Positions 47,069 to 56,079 of a DNA stretch of 64,000 nt are shown here, piece after piece. A model generated the notes under the pieces. The model saw only the letters and a list, made by a program, of their open reading frames with translations. It was not told the origin of the DNA and did not search any database. Origin of the DNA: an uncultured Candidatus Saccharibacteria bacterium (GTDB lineage Bacteria > Patescibacteriota > Minisyncoccia > Phycocordibacterales > UBA9973); assembly GCA_964634365.1 (NCBI GenBank), contig CAZWJU010000001.1, positions 86,585 to 150,584 on the forward strand, written 5' to 3'. Both the position numbers and the translations under genes were made by a program. Every line of letters starts with the position of its first letter. Position 1 is the stretch's first letter.

Positions 47069-48733
47069 ATGACTCAACGTGAAGCCCTAAATATATTAAA
47101 AACTGGTGCAAATGTATTTCTAACTGGCGAACCTGGCGCTGGAAAGACTTATGTTATTCGTGAATATGTAGAATATTTACGCGAGCATGGACTGGAACCA
47201 GCCATAACTGCTTCGACCGGTATTGCTGCTACACACATCCACGGGCAGACTATCCACTCTTGGAGTGGTATCGGAATCAAAGATTCTCTGTCCATGTATG
47301 ATCTCGAAGCATTGTCAGAAAAAGAATATTTAGTAAAGCGCATAAAAAACACCACTACACTCATTATCGACGAGATATCTATGCTTTCGAGTTCTACTCT
47401 GGATTCTGTAGACAAAGTTTGTCGCAAACTTCGAGATGTCGACGAACCTTTTGGTGGAGTGCAGGTTGTACTGGTTGGAGATTTTTTTCAGCTCCCGCCG
47501 ATTTCAAATGCAGGCAGTGTAAAAGATTTTGCTTATAACAGTAGAGCATGGAAACAACTTGCTCCGGTGATCTGCTATTTGTCCGAACAGCACCGCCAAG
47601 AAGATACAGAACTTCTCTCACTCCTATCAGCAATCCGTAGAAACGAAGTCGAGGAAATGCATTTTGAATATATACAATCTCGCATAAACACAGGTGAAGA
47701 AATCGGAGAGTCTATCACTCGTCTTTTTACAAAAAATGTATCTGTAGATGCGCTCAACATGCAATCTCTCGGTAAACTCGAAGGTATGGACCATACTTAT
47801 AACATGGATTCAAAAGGTAAAGCCTCCATGGTCGAAGCTTTGAAAAAAGGATGCTTGTCTCCAGAAGTTTTGATCTTAAAAAAAGATAGTGTGGTTATGT
47901 TTACAAAAAACAATCCACAAGCAGGTTTTGCAAATGGTACTTTAGGGAAGGTTGTCGAATTCGATAATCTGTCGCATTACCCAGTAGTGCTTACTCGTAG
48001 CGGAAGACGTATCACTGTCGAACCAGCTGAATGGGCCATAGAAGAAGACGGTAAAGTTCGCGCGCGCATATCTCAGCTACCTCTCCGGCTTGCTTGGGCG
48101 ATTACAGTTCATAAGTCACAAGGTATGTCTCTAGATGCGGCAGTGATGGATTTGCGGGATGTATTTGAGTACGGACAAGGCTATGTCGCGCTATCTCGTG
48201 TACGCACACTAGCAGGTATATATCTGCACGGTATAAACCAAAAATCTCTGCAGGTTCATCCAGAAGTTTTAGAAATAGACGAATCTTTTCGTAGGAAATC
48301 TACTGACGCCGCTTATCATTTTGAATCACTCGATACCGGAACTATAAAGACCATGCATGAAAATTTTATCAGGGCTTGTGGGGGTAGTGTAGAGAAGCTT
48401 GTAGGAGAGAGAGTTAGTAAAAAGAACAAAGAGAAGACTGAAGATAAAACTCTCGCACTACTAGAAGAAGGATGTTCAATCGAAGATATAAAAGAGCGTA
48501 GGGGATTGAGTGAAGGTACGGTTATCGATCATATTGCCAATCTTGTTAAAAATGGAAAGTTTGAAAAAGATCGAGTGCGCCAATTGTGTTCGAGTGACCT
48601 GCTCAATTGTCTGCCTTCTATATTTAAAGCGTTTAAAACAGAAGGTTTTGAAAAGCTTGCACCGGTACATGCATATCTAAAAGGTTCATATACATACGAA
48701 GAGCTAAAATTGGCTCGGATTTTATTCCAATAA
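47069..48733 (+). CDS. Pif1/RecD2-like superfamily-1 DNA helicase with C-terminal HTH-like domain
   Basis: Walker A LTGEPGAGKTYV, Walker B LIIDEISML, motif VGDFFQLPP, late motif TVHKSQGMSLD typical of Pif1/RecD. Extra ~120-aa helical C-terminus. Confidence 0.8.
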   Translation: MTQREALNILKTGANVFLTGEPGAGKTYVIREYVEYLREHGLEPAITASTGIAATHIHGQTIHSWSGIGIKDSLSMYDLEALSEKEYLVKRIKNTTTLIIDEISMLSSSTLDSVDKVCRKLRDVDEPFGGVQVVLVGDFFQLPPISNAGSVKDFAYNSRAWKQLAPVICYLSEQHRQEDTELLSLLSAIRRNEVEEMHFEYIQSRINTGEEIGESITRLFTKNVSVDALNMQSLGKLEGMDHTYNMDSKGKASMVEALKKGCLSPEVLILKKDSVVMFTKNNPQAGFANGTLGKVVEFDNLSHYPVVLTRSGRRITVEPAEWAIEEDGKVRARISQLPLRLAWAITVHKSQGMSLDAAVMDLRDVFEYGQGYVALSRVRTLAGIYLHGINQKSLQVHPEVLEIDESFRRKSTDAAYHFESLDTGTIKTMHENFIRACGGSVEKLVGERVSKKNKEKTEDKTLALLEEGCSIEDIKERRGLSEGTVIDHIANLVKNGKFEKDRVRQLCSSDLLNCLPSIFKAFKTEGFEKLAPVHAYLKGSYTYEELKLARILFQ

Positions 48734-48750
48734 AGGTTTTTATATTGGTA

Positions 48751-48779
48751 TTGACAAAGTGAGCGCAATTTGCTATACT
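48751..48779 (+). promoter_or_regulatory. consensus sigma70 promoter TTGACA-N17-TATACT
   Basis: Exact -35, 17-nt spacer, near-consensus -10, 45 nt upstream of the 48825 start. Confidence 0.55.
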
Positions 48780-48824
48780 ACTGGTCGCTTTAATTAGTTC
48801 ATTTTTTCACCAAAAACAACGCGC

Positions 48825-49208
48825 ATGAGAAAAACGTTTTTTGCTATTTTGACTGCGGTTGCCTTTGTTGCAATGATTGCATGGTCACCCCCTGCATATG
48901 CTGCACCGAAGACAAAAACCGCTGAATTTAAAACTGCCGCCGGTAGCGAAATGATCATCCTGGACACCGGGCCGATAGACAATATCGCACCTGATATTCC
49001 GGAAATTACGATCGATCCTGCTACCCTCACTGCCGCGACCGCTGCAAACGAAAAACCGGATGCCATGGAAATGGATACCGGCCCGGAAATCGGAAATATT
49101 ATTTATATCAATACCACCGATCCGGAACTTAATAACAATGCAGCAACCACCGACCCTGCCGCTACTCGCACTAAATGGCCTTCGACGAAGGCATATCTAT
49201 GCGACTAG
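48825..49208 (+). CDS. hypothetical secreted protein (127 aa) in a locally GC-rich segment
   Basis: Signal peptide MRKTFFAILTAVAFVAMIAWSPPAYA. Coding sequence is visibly GC-richer (about 50%) with CCG/GCC codons unlike the flanking genes. Confidence 0.45.
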   Translation: MRKTFFAILTAVAFVAMIAWSPPAYAAPKTKTAEFKTAAGSEMIILDTGPIDNIAPDIPEITIDPATLTAATAANEKPDAMEMDTGPEIGNIIYINTTDPELNNNAATTDPAATRTKWPSTKAYLCD

Positions 49209-49307
49209 GCCGCTAAGCTCGGAAGACAAGCTCCACACAGCCCTCTGTAACACAGAGATATTGTGTGGGGTTTTTTTATTTCAATAAAATTTTGTTATAG
49301 TGATTGT

Positions 49308-49970
49308 ATGAAAAAACAAACACAAAACATAATTGCAATTTTAGGTATTATTATTTTTGGATTTTTAGCTTTTACATATAGAGATAGCAACACTGAGAAT
49401 AGTGGTCGTGTTATGGCACCACAAGATTTGGTGCTTGGTGTCGGGGGCAGTGGTGAAGCTCTCGGGCTCACTGTTACATTCAACTCACTTGTAAACGACT
49501 ATCGTTGTCCAGTAGACGTACAGTGCATAGAAGGTGGTGCGGTAAATACAAACATAACTCTAAAAGATAGCGAAGGGGAAGTCACGATGAATTATTCATC
49601 CGACGGAGTTCCTTATTCTTTCAATGGATACGAAGTATCGATTGTCGGAGTGTCTCCCGATCTTTACTCAGAAAAGTTTATTGACCCAGCTAGTTATGTT
49701 GTTACATTCAATGTAAAAAGTGCTATGACTGGTATCGTAGACAATCCAGATTATTCTGGTGGAGCAGGTGGTACAGTTCCTAGTGGCGAGAATCCATGTT
49801 CCGCTTTAGGTGGATTTTGGGATGGAGTAAATCTAGAGTGTCTCGGTGTAGATAAAAATACATGTCAGGAAATTGGTGGAAATTTCAACGAATGCGCAAG
49901 TGCTTGTCGCAATGACCCAACGGCAGAAGTCTGTACTATGCAGTGTGTGCAAGTGTGTGAGTTTAAATAA
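49308..49970 (+). CDS. hypothetical secreted protein with Cys-rich C-terminus
   Basis: N-terminal signal/anchor IIAILGIIIFGFLAF. 10 Cys in the last 70 aa (CSALGGFWDGVNLECLG...CTMQCVQVCEF). Confidence 0.45.
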   Translation: MKKQTQNIIAILGIIIFGFLAFTYRDSNTENSGRVMAPQDLVLGVGGSGEALGLTVTFNSLVNDYRCPVDVQCIEGGAVNTNITLKDSEGEVTMNYSSDGVPYSFNGYEVSIVGVSPDLYSEKFIDPASYVVTFNVKSAMTGIVDNPDYSGGAGGTVPSGENPCSALGGFWDGVNLECLGVDKNTCQEIGGNFNECASACRNDPTAEVCTMQCVQVCEFK

Positions 49971-50104
49971 AAGCTGTATATAAATAAACCTCCGAAAAAA
50001 GCCTTAAAACTAGGGCTTTTTTCGTATCTTTTTAATTGACTTTTGTGTATTTATATGATATAATTCTGTAGTATTTAGTTCACAAAAAACCAAATTTCAT
50101 ATAG

Positions 50105-50992
50105 ATGAAGAAAATCCTAAGCTTAGTATTTTTTCTGTTTGCAACATTCGCGTGTTTCGCAAAAGAAAAAAAGCAACCGGCATATCTCGACAAAGATAAT
50201 GTGCCGAAACCAACTTCGTATTTCGTAAATGATTTCACAGGCAAGGTTCTCGAACCCGAAGAGATCACTTCACTCAACACAAGGTTACAAAAGTACGAAG
50301 ATTCTACGTCCACGCAAGTGGTGGTGATCATTATGTCAACGTTGCCCAAAAACTGGGGCGACATATCGGACCTTGCCTTTGAAACTGGTGACCGATGGAA
50401 AATCGGCCAAGAAGACAAAGACAATGGTGTTCTGATACTGATCCTGTTCGATGAACGCAAGATGTTCATCGCGACTGGATACGGCGCAGAAGGTGCTCTG
50501 ACAGATATGTTGTGTGCGAGAATTGTCAGGAATGATATGGCCCCGCTTTTCAAATCCGGAGAATACTACAAAGGTATCTCTGCTGGTATTGATAAAATTC
50601 AACTCGCTATGAAAGGTGAGTATACCGAAGCAGATGCTGCCGAGCTCGAGAGTGTTCAGTTCAGAAAAGGTTTATGTCTGTTTATATTGGTCGTTGCTGT
50701 TTTTATATTCAGCATCGTAGGTGCGGCATCGAATCCTCTGATCGGAGGATTTTTGCAAGCCATTGCGACATTCATAACATGGTCCGTATTATTTGGAGCA
50801 ATATTCAGTCCATTTTGGATTATATTGATAATCGGAGTAGTGGTGGTTCTGATCCTCTCTCTGGCTTTTAGTTCAGGCGGAGGAGGTGGTTTCTCTGGCG
50901 GAGGTGGAGGGTTTTTCTCCGGTGGCGGAGGAGGTGGTTTCTCTGGCGGAGGCGGAAGCTTTGGCGGAGGTGGCGGAGGCGGAAGCTGGTAA
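50105..50992 (+). CDS. TPM-domain protein (YgcG-like) with TM segments and Gly-rich C-terminal tail
   Basis: Signal peptide, then TPM/DUF477 core (VNDFTGKVLEPEEITSLNTRLQKYEDSTSTQVVVII...ILILFDERKMFIATGYGAEGALTD), then 2 TM and a GGGGGFSGGGGGFF tail as in YgcG. Confidence 0.8.
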   Translation: MKKILSLVFFLFATFACFAKEKKQPAYLDKDNVPKPTSYFVNDFTGKVLEPEEITSLNTRLQKYEDSTSTQVVVIIMSTLPKNWGDISDLAFETGDRWKIGQEDKDNGVLILILFDERKMFIATGYGAEGALTDMLCARIVRNDMAPLFKSGEYYKGISAGIDKIQLAMKGEYTEADAAELESVQFRKGLCLFILVVAVFIFSIVGAASNPLIGGFLQAIATFITWSVLFGAIFSPFWIILIIGVVVVLILSLAFSSGGGGGFSGGGGGFFSGGGGGGFSGGGGSFGGGGGGGSW

Positions 50993-51083
50993 AGCTCCTT
51001 TCTTCAAAATATAAAAAACTGGTTTTAACAAACCAGTTTTTATTTTTTTTATTTACCTATGTTTTGTTGTTTAAAGTTTTATT

Positions 51084-51542
51084 TTGTGGGATGATTGGAG
51101 TATGGAATTCTCATCTACATTCATAACTCTCGCAGGGTTTATCATCGGACTCGGTGCAGTGACAGTCATCGACCTGCATGGTTTTCTCGGACGCAAGTCT
51201 TCATACTGGACCGAGGCAACTATCCGCACACACAAAGTCACGAAGCCTCTCATCTGGATCGGGATACTACTTGTTGCTATCGGAACATTTCTGTCTGGTA
51301 CAAACGAACTTATAACTTCTAATGATTTTGCGTTTAGACTTGTCATTGTATTTTTCATGATTTTAAACGGAAGCTTTTTGTCTTTTGTTATTTCACCGGA
51401 GCTTTTGAAAAGAGAAAAGGAGAGTAGAGCGAGCGAACTTTTACCACAAGTTATGCAGAACAAGATTGTCATAAGTTTTGTTGTTTCGTTTGTTCTCTGG
51501 TGGGGACTGTTGGCGTATATCGTAAACTCGATCATTTTCTAG
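51084..51542 (+). CDS. hypothetical polytopic membrane protein (152 aa)
   Basis: Four hydrophobic helices. Preferred over the fully overlapping antisense ORF. Confidence 0.45.
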   Translation: MWDDWSMEFSSTFITLAGFIIGLGAVTVIDLHGFLGRKSSYWTEATIRTHKVTKPLIWIGILLVAIGTFLSGTNELITSNDFAFRLVIVFFMILNGSFLSFVISPELLKREKESRASELLPQVMQNKIVISFVVSFVLWWGLLAYIVNSIIF

Positions 51543-51554
51543 ATTTTGCATTTT

Positions 51555-51590
51555 AAAAGCCCTTCAATCTGAAGGGCTTTTGTTTTTTAT
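51555..51590. terminator. bidirectional intrinsic terminator (AAAAGCCCTTCAATCTGAAGGGCTTTT + T-tract)
   Basis: Perfect hairpin between convergent genes. Overlaps the last codons of the minus-strand gene. Confidence 0.65.
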
Positions 51591-52100
51591 TTTCTTGAAT
51601 ATTCTTTTATGATCTTCAAAGAAAAGTGTATTCTTCTGATACCAATATGCACCTGTGCAAGGGGATTTGTGTTTTTTTGATCTATATCCTGCGATCAAGT
51701 CTCTACTTGTAACAACCTGATATCCTTTGAATAGCGCGGATTGTGTAGTTTCGTATACACAGAAGCCTGCATTTATGCCCATAATCAAGATAGTTTTAGT
51801 TTTTAAAGTCTCGAGAAGAGAATCGAGTTTCGTATTGTAAAATGCATCATTGTATTTCTTTTCCAAGAAATGTATATTATTCCCTGATCTATTTTCCACT
51901 ACTGATCTTATATTTTCTATTGTTTTTCCAAATCCAGCATATTCAAATATGACAATAGGGACAAGATTCGCATTGCAAAATTCCAAGATTCTTACCTGAT
52001 TAGGAACTATTCTCATTTTCCTATAGTTTTTTTCTACAAACTTATCCTGCATATCTATCAATAAAACACAAAGACCCCTGAGGTCTATTTTTCTGCCCAT
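51564..52100 (-). CDS. isochorismatase-family cysteine hydrolase
   Basis: LCVLLIDMQDKF (N-terminal Asp motif), ...TILIMGINAGFCVYETTQSALFKGYQV (catalytic Cys block). Confidence 0.7.
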   Translation of the reverse strand: MGRKIDLRGLCVLLIDMQDKFVEKNYRKMRIVPNQVRILEFCNANLVPIVIFEYAGFGKTIENIRSVVENRSGNNIHFLEKKYNDAFYNTKLDSLLETLKTKTILIMGINAGFCVYETTQSALFKGYQVVTSRDLIAGYRSKKHKSPCTGAYWYQKNTLFFEDHKRIFKKIKNKSPSD

Positions 52101-52149
52101 CGGTACTGATTTTCAAAAACTCTATTACAGAGTACTTTTGTTGTCAAAT

Positions 52150-52178
52150 AAAAAATCCCCGAAAAGGGATTTTGTTGT
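52150..52178. terminator. intrinsic terminator (AAAAATCCCCGAAAAGGGATTTT)
   Basis: Hairpin 3' of the minus-strand gene 52181-52591. Confidence 0.6.
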
Positions 52179-52180
52179 GT

Positions 52181-52591
52181 TTAATTTTTTATTTTCATGA
52201 CCTCTGCATGCAGGAGGTAGTAAAAGTTCGCACCATTTCTTACTACCATACCCGAGGTTATGTAAACAATCTCAGCACCACGTTTTATCCTGCGTCTGTT
52301 CATGCGCAGGACTGCATCTTCGTATGCTTCATACGGGTTTGCGCCGACTCCGATTTCGGACAAGTTTTTCCGGTAAGAAAAACAATTTATCTCATTTGGA
52401 ATTAGATCATCAGCGTCTTCTGGCCAAGCCGTTTGAAATGCTTTTTTAGGCCTACCCCAATACATAGCTCCCCAGAAATTAAATACTATATGTTTTCTGT
52501 CATCCTCGAGTTTCTCTGGGATGTTCGGGATGATGCCAAATAGGCTGATTACTTCAAGTCTTCTCTGGTCTTCTTTTGTAGTATCTTTCAT
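52181..52591 (-). CDS. hypothetical protein (136 aa)
   Basis: ORF bounded by a terminator. No family recognised. Confidence 0.4.
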   Translation of the reverse strand: MKDTTKEDQRRLEVISLFGIIPNIPEKLEDDRKHIVFNFWGAMYWGRPKKAFQTAWPEDADDLIPNEINCFSYRKNLSEIGVGANPYEAYEDAVLRMNRRRIKRGAEIVYITSGMVVRNGANFYYLLHAEVMKIKN

Positions 52592-52709
52592 CTGTAACTT
52601 TTTTCAAACAATACACTTCATTGGTGTATTTGTCAAAGATTAATCCATCCCGCCTCGTATCCTCGAGGCGGCTTTCTCTAACCCAAACCCCGTTGTTTTG
52701 TGAGGGGAT

Positions 52710-53069
52710 TTGTGGGATGATAGGGCCATGGAACCAAGGTTTGAGGAACTAAAGGCGAGAATACAGAAATTCTGTGATGACCGTGACTGGTCGCAATTTC
52801 ACGATCCGAAAAACCTTGCTATTTCACTCAATTTGGAAGCTTCAGAAGTCCTCGAACTCTATCAGTGGACAAAGGACAATCAACTCAAACCTGAACGCGC
52901 TGGAAAGATAAACGAGGAACTCGCGGATGTTTTCTATTGGCTTATCATGCTTTCAAATCACTACAAGATAGATCTTCTCGAAGCTCTACAAAAGAAAATG
53001 GACGAGAATGAGACAAAGTATCCTGTAGAAAAAGCGAAAGGAAATTCCGCAAAATATAACGAACTATAA
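52710..53069 (+). CDS. MazG-like nucleoside triphosphate pyrophosphohydrolase (small all-alpha NTP-PPase)
   Basis: LKARIQKFCDDRDWSQFHDPKNLAISLNLEASEVLELYQW and EELADVFYWLIMLSNHYKIDL match the MazG/HisE-type EExxE/D motifs. First gene of a 5-gene same-strand cluster. Confidence 0.7.
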   Translation: MWDDRAMEPRFEELKARIQKFCDDRDWSQFHDPKNLAISLNLEASEVLELYQWTKDNQLKPERAGKINEELADVFYWLIMLSNHYKIDLLEALQKKMDENETKYPVEKAKGNSAKYNEL

Positions 53070-53070
53070 A

Positions 53071-54651
53071 ATGTCAGAAATTCAGTCATTCAAATTTAAC
53101 AAAGATTATTTTCATCAAATACGAGAATATCGCTTTGGTAAAAATTGGCCTGCTGTTTATATTATCGAAAACAAAAAAGAAGTGTACGTTGGCGAATCGA
53201 CGAGTGTATACAGCAGAAGTCGACAGCATTACGACAATCCAGAACGCAGAAAATTAAATACGATTCATGTTCTCAGTGATGAAGAATTCAATAAATCAGC
53301 AGCACTCGATATAGAGTCATGGCTTATACAGTACATGTCCGCAGATGGAGTATTTACTCTTCAAAATGGAAACGGTGGGATGCAAAACCACAACTATTTT
53401 GATAGAGAAAAATACAAAGCAAAATTTGAACTTGCTTGGGAAAAACTCCGAAAACTTGGTCTTGCTCGTAATACTCTTACAGATCTAAAAAATAGTGATC
53501 TATTTAAATATTCACCTTACAAAACTCTGACTGAGGATCAGCTTGTTGTTGCAGAAGAAATATACAAATACATAAAGTCGGGAGAAAAAAGAACTATTAT
53601 CGTAAACGGTAAGCCTGGTACAGGGAAAACAATTCTTGCAACTTTTCTTTTCAAGTATTTGAAAGAGCAAGAAGAAACAAGGAATCTTTCAATTGCTTTG
53701 GTGGTGCCTATGACGTCGCTTCGTCAAACTGTAAAAAAGGTTTTTAGTAAAATAAAAGGCCTTTCTGCTTCGATGGTTATTGGTCCAAATGAGGCGACTC
53801 AAAAATACTATGATTTGCTTATTATAGACGAAGCACACCGCCTGCAAAGAAGAAAAAATATTATGGGAATGGGTGCATATGACAATATAAACAGACGACT
53901 TGGTCTCGGAAAAGAAAATACTCAGCTCGACTGGATAGTGAGGTCTTCAAAGAATCAAATATTTTTCTATGATGAAAACCAAAGTGTAAAACCATCAGAT
54001 GTAAGAAGTGAAGATTTCAAAAAACTTAATGCAAAGCACTACACACTCACAACTCAAATGCGCGTTGCAGCGGGGGAAGAGTATATCGAATTCATAGAAA
54101 GTGTATTTGACTTGAAACCTATAAAGAAAAAGGATTTTGGAGACTATGAATTCAAAATATACGACGACATCCACAAAATGTTTGCGGATATAAAAGAAAA
54201 AGACAAAAAGCATGGACTTTCTCGTGTGGTTGCTGGCTATGCTTGGCCATGGCATACAAAACCGGGAAGAAATTCTTCACAAAAGCATGATATTGAGATC
54301 AACGGACTCAAGGCTGTTTGGAATTCGACTGCGACTGATTGGGTTAATTCTAAGAATGCTATCAACGAAGTTGGTTGTATCCACACAGTACAAGGTTATG
54401 ATCTTAATTATGTTGGAGTAATAATTGGCCCGGAGTTTGGTTATGATCCAGATAAAAAGAAGTTTTTTGTAGACAAAGAAAAATATTTTGATAGAAATGG
54501 TCGAGCAGGAATTCAAGATCCAGCGGAGCTCGAGCAATACATAAAAAATATTTATAAAACACTTCTAACAAGAGGGATAAAGGGTACGTTTATTTATATA
54601 AGTAATGATAATCTTAGAAAGTATATGGACTATTTTTTAAACCAACGTTAA
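53071..54651 (+). CDS. GIY-YIG nuclease domain fused to DUF2075-like (Schlafen-helicase-like) P-loop ATPase
   Basis: N-terminal PAVYIIENKKEVYVGESTSVYSRSRQHY plus downstream R/E/N residues is GIY-YIG-like. Walker A IVNGKPGTGKTILA, Walker B LLIIDEAHRL. 526 aa. 2-nt gap from the MazG-like gene. Confidence 0.7.
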   Translation: MSEIQSFKFNKDYFHQIREYRFGKNWPAVYIIENKKEVYVGESTSVYSRSRQHYDNPERRKLNTIHVLSDEEFNKSAALDIESWLIQYMSADGVFTLQNGNGGMQNHNYFDREKYKAKFELAWEKLRKLGLARNTLTDLKNSDLFKYSPYKTLTEDQLVVAEEIYKYIKSGEKRTIIVNGKPGTGKTILATFLFKYLKEQEETRNLSIALVVPMTSLRQTVKKVFSKIKGLSASMVIGPNEATQKYYDLLIIDEAHRLQRRKNIMGMGAYDNINRRLGLGKENTQLDWIVRSSKNQIFFYDENQSVKPSDVRSEDFKKLNAKHYTLTTQMRVAAGEEYIEFIESVFDLKPIKKKDFGDYEFKIYDDIHKMFADIKEKDKKHGLSRVVAGYAWPWHTKPGRNSSQKHDIEINGLKAVWNSTATDWVNSKNAINEVGCIHTVQGYDLNYVGVIIGPEFGYDPDKKKFFVDKEKYFDRNGRAGIQDPAELEQYIKNIYKTLLTRGIKGTFIYISNDNLRKYMDYFLNQR

Positions 54652-54663
54652 TTTTTAAGTGTA

Positions 54664-55734
54664 ATGAAGCTGATACATCAAAGTGAAAAATATTTAAGAT
54701 ATTCCAGACGAATCGCTCGGAAAGCTGAAAAGCATAGGCTTCGCAACAAAAATAGAGATAAGTCTGAACGCATAATTACCGCTAAAATGTCTCCAAAACA
54801 GAGACAAGAGTGGAATGCAAAAAAGCAATATAAAGCGGTAGTAAAAGCTCCTGTGAATTTATCTTTTCTCGATGACCCAGAATCAGTAACCGAATTTATA
54901 ACTAAGACAGAAAAAATTATTCAAGGTAGTCCATCTTTGTACTTTGATATGCGACAAGTAAGAAAGATCGATTACCCTACAATAGCAGCACTTCTCGCAG
55001 TTACGTACCGCTCAGTAAAAAGTGGTATAAAAATTAACGGTAATTTTCCAGATGACAATACATCGAAAAGTATTCTTATGAAATCTGGATTTTTATATAC
55101 AATGTTCAGTAAAAATCCCGATGCAGGCCATAAACATGATATCAATGCTGATAATCAGTTGTTTACGTTAGATACGGCCGATCTAAAGGTTGTTGCTGAG
55201 ATAATTAAGTATGTCTCGATAGCTCTTTTTTCAAAAGAAAAAAAGCTTCCTGGATTAAAACTGATTCTGGGTGAACTAATGGATAACACAAGAAATCATG
55301 CTGCAAAATCACCCAATGTCCCTGAAAGATGGTGGTTATCAATAAATTACGACCGTAGTTTTAAAAAGGTTAGTTTTGTATTTATAGACTATGGTGTTGG
55401 GATATTTACCAGTCTTTCACAAAAAACAGAAGATCACGCAGTAAAGCGTTTATGGCTTAAGGCACAATTAATTTTTGGATCAGAAGCTACAGATAGACAT
55501 TTAAAAGCAATAGTTACAGAATCTGCTGGAAAAATACATAAACTTCCCGGTGGGCACGGTCAAGGTATTTATGGTATATACCAGTCTCTTCAAAGATCAG
55601 AAGTCGAGAAACTTTTTATTATAAGCAATAACGCCTTTGGTAATATTAGAGATGATGATTATAAAAAATTAAGGAACGAACTAAATGGAACATTGTATTA
55701 CTGGGAGATTTGTGATAAGAATATAAATTTATAG
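54664..55734 (+). CDS. GHKL-superfamily ATPase (histidine-kinase/RsbW-like HATPase_c) with possible N-terminal STAS-like region
   Basis: N-box ILGELMDNTRNHA, G1 box FVFIDYGVGIF, G2 box GGHGQGIYGI. Basic N-terminal 50 aa. Region 60-130 (VNLSFLDD...DYPTIAALLAV...GIKINGNFPDD) is STAS-like. Confidence 0.55.
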   Translation: MKLIHQSEKYLRYSRRIARKAEKHRLRNKNRDKSERIITAKMSPKQRQEWNAKKQYKAVVKAPVNLSFLDDPESVTEFITKTEKIIQGSPSLYFDMRQVRKIDYPTIAALLAVTYRSVKSGIKINGNFPDDNTSKSILMKSGFLYTMFSKNPDAGHKHDINADNQLFTLDTADLKVVAEIIKYVSIALFSKEKKLPGLKLILGELMDNTRNHAAKSPNVPERWWLSINYDRSFKKVSFVFIDYGVGIFTSLSQKTEDHAVKRLWLKAQLIFGSEATDRHLKAIVTESAGKIHKLPGGHGQGIYGIYQSLQRSEVEKLFIISNNAFGNIRDDDYKKLRNELNGTLYYWEICDKNINL

Positions 55735-55746
55735 TATAATAAAATT

Positions 55747-56079
55747 ATGATAGTTATATCAGTAGCCAAAGATTTCTCTAAAACCCCAGGCTTTAGATAC
55801 AGAAGTCAGAGTCCAGATACTTCTGGAGAACAATTTAGAGACGAGATTCTTGAACCGAAGTATCTAGAAGCTGTTTCAAATGGAGAAAAACTTCAGGTCA
55901 TTTTGGATGGCACTGATGGGTATCTTACTAGTTTTATTGAAGAGTCTTTTGGTGGGCTACAGAGAAAAAATTCTAAAAATAATATTCTCAATTCTATTGA
56001 AATAATCTCAAATGATGAAAGGCACTGGATTGAGGATATAAAACGCTATGTCAAAGAAGCTCTCGAAAAATCAAAATAA
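55747..56079 (+). CDS. small STAS-like protein (DUF4325-like)
   Basis: 110 aa. PGFRYR...GEQFRDEIL...LQVILDGTDGYLTSFIEESFGGL fits the DUF4325 pattern (G.R...GE.FR, v.lDf.gv.g.sSSF.dE.fg.L). Confidence 0.5.
   Translation: MIVISVAKDFSKTPGFRYRSQSPDTSGEQFRDEILEPKYLEAVSNGEKLQVILDGTDGYLTSFIEESFGGLQRKNSKNNILNSIEIISNDERHWIEDIKRYVKEALEKSK

Noticed and set aside
50860-50992. Tandem GGCGGAGG(T/A)GG repeats
   Set aside because: They encode the Gly-rich C-terminal tail of the YgcG/TPM protein. Coding low complexity, not a CRISPR or VNTR element. No CRISPR-like regularly spaced repeats anywhere in the window.
51071-51535. 154-aa minus-strand ORF mirroring the 51084-51542 membrane protein
   Set aside because: Only one of the two can be real. 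The plus-strand ORF has four clean TM helices and matches local gene orientation, so the plus-strand ORF was chosen.
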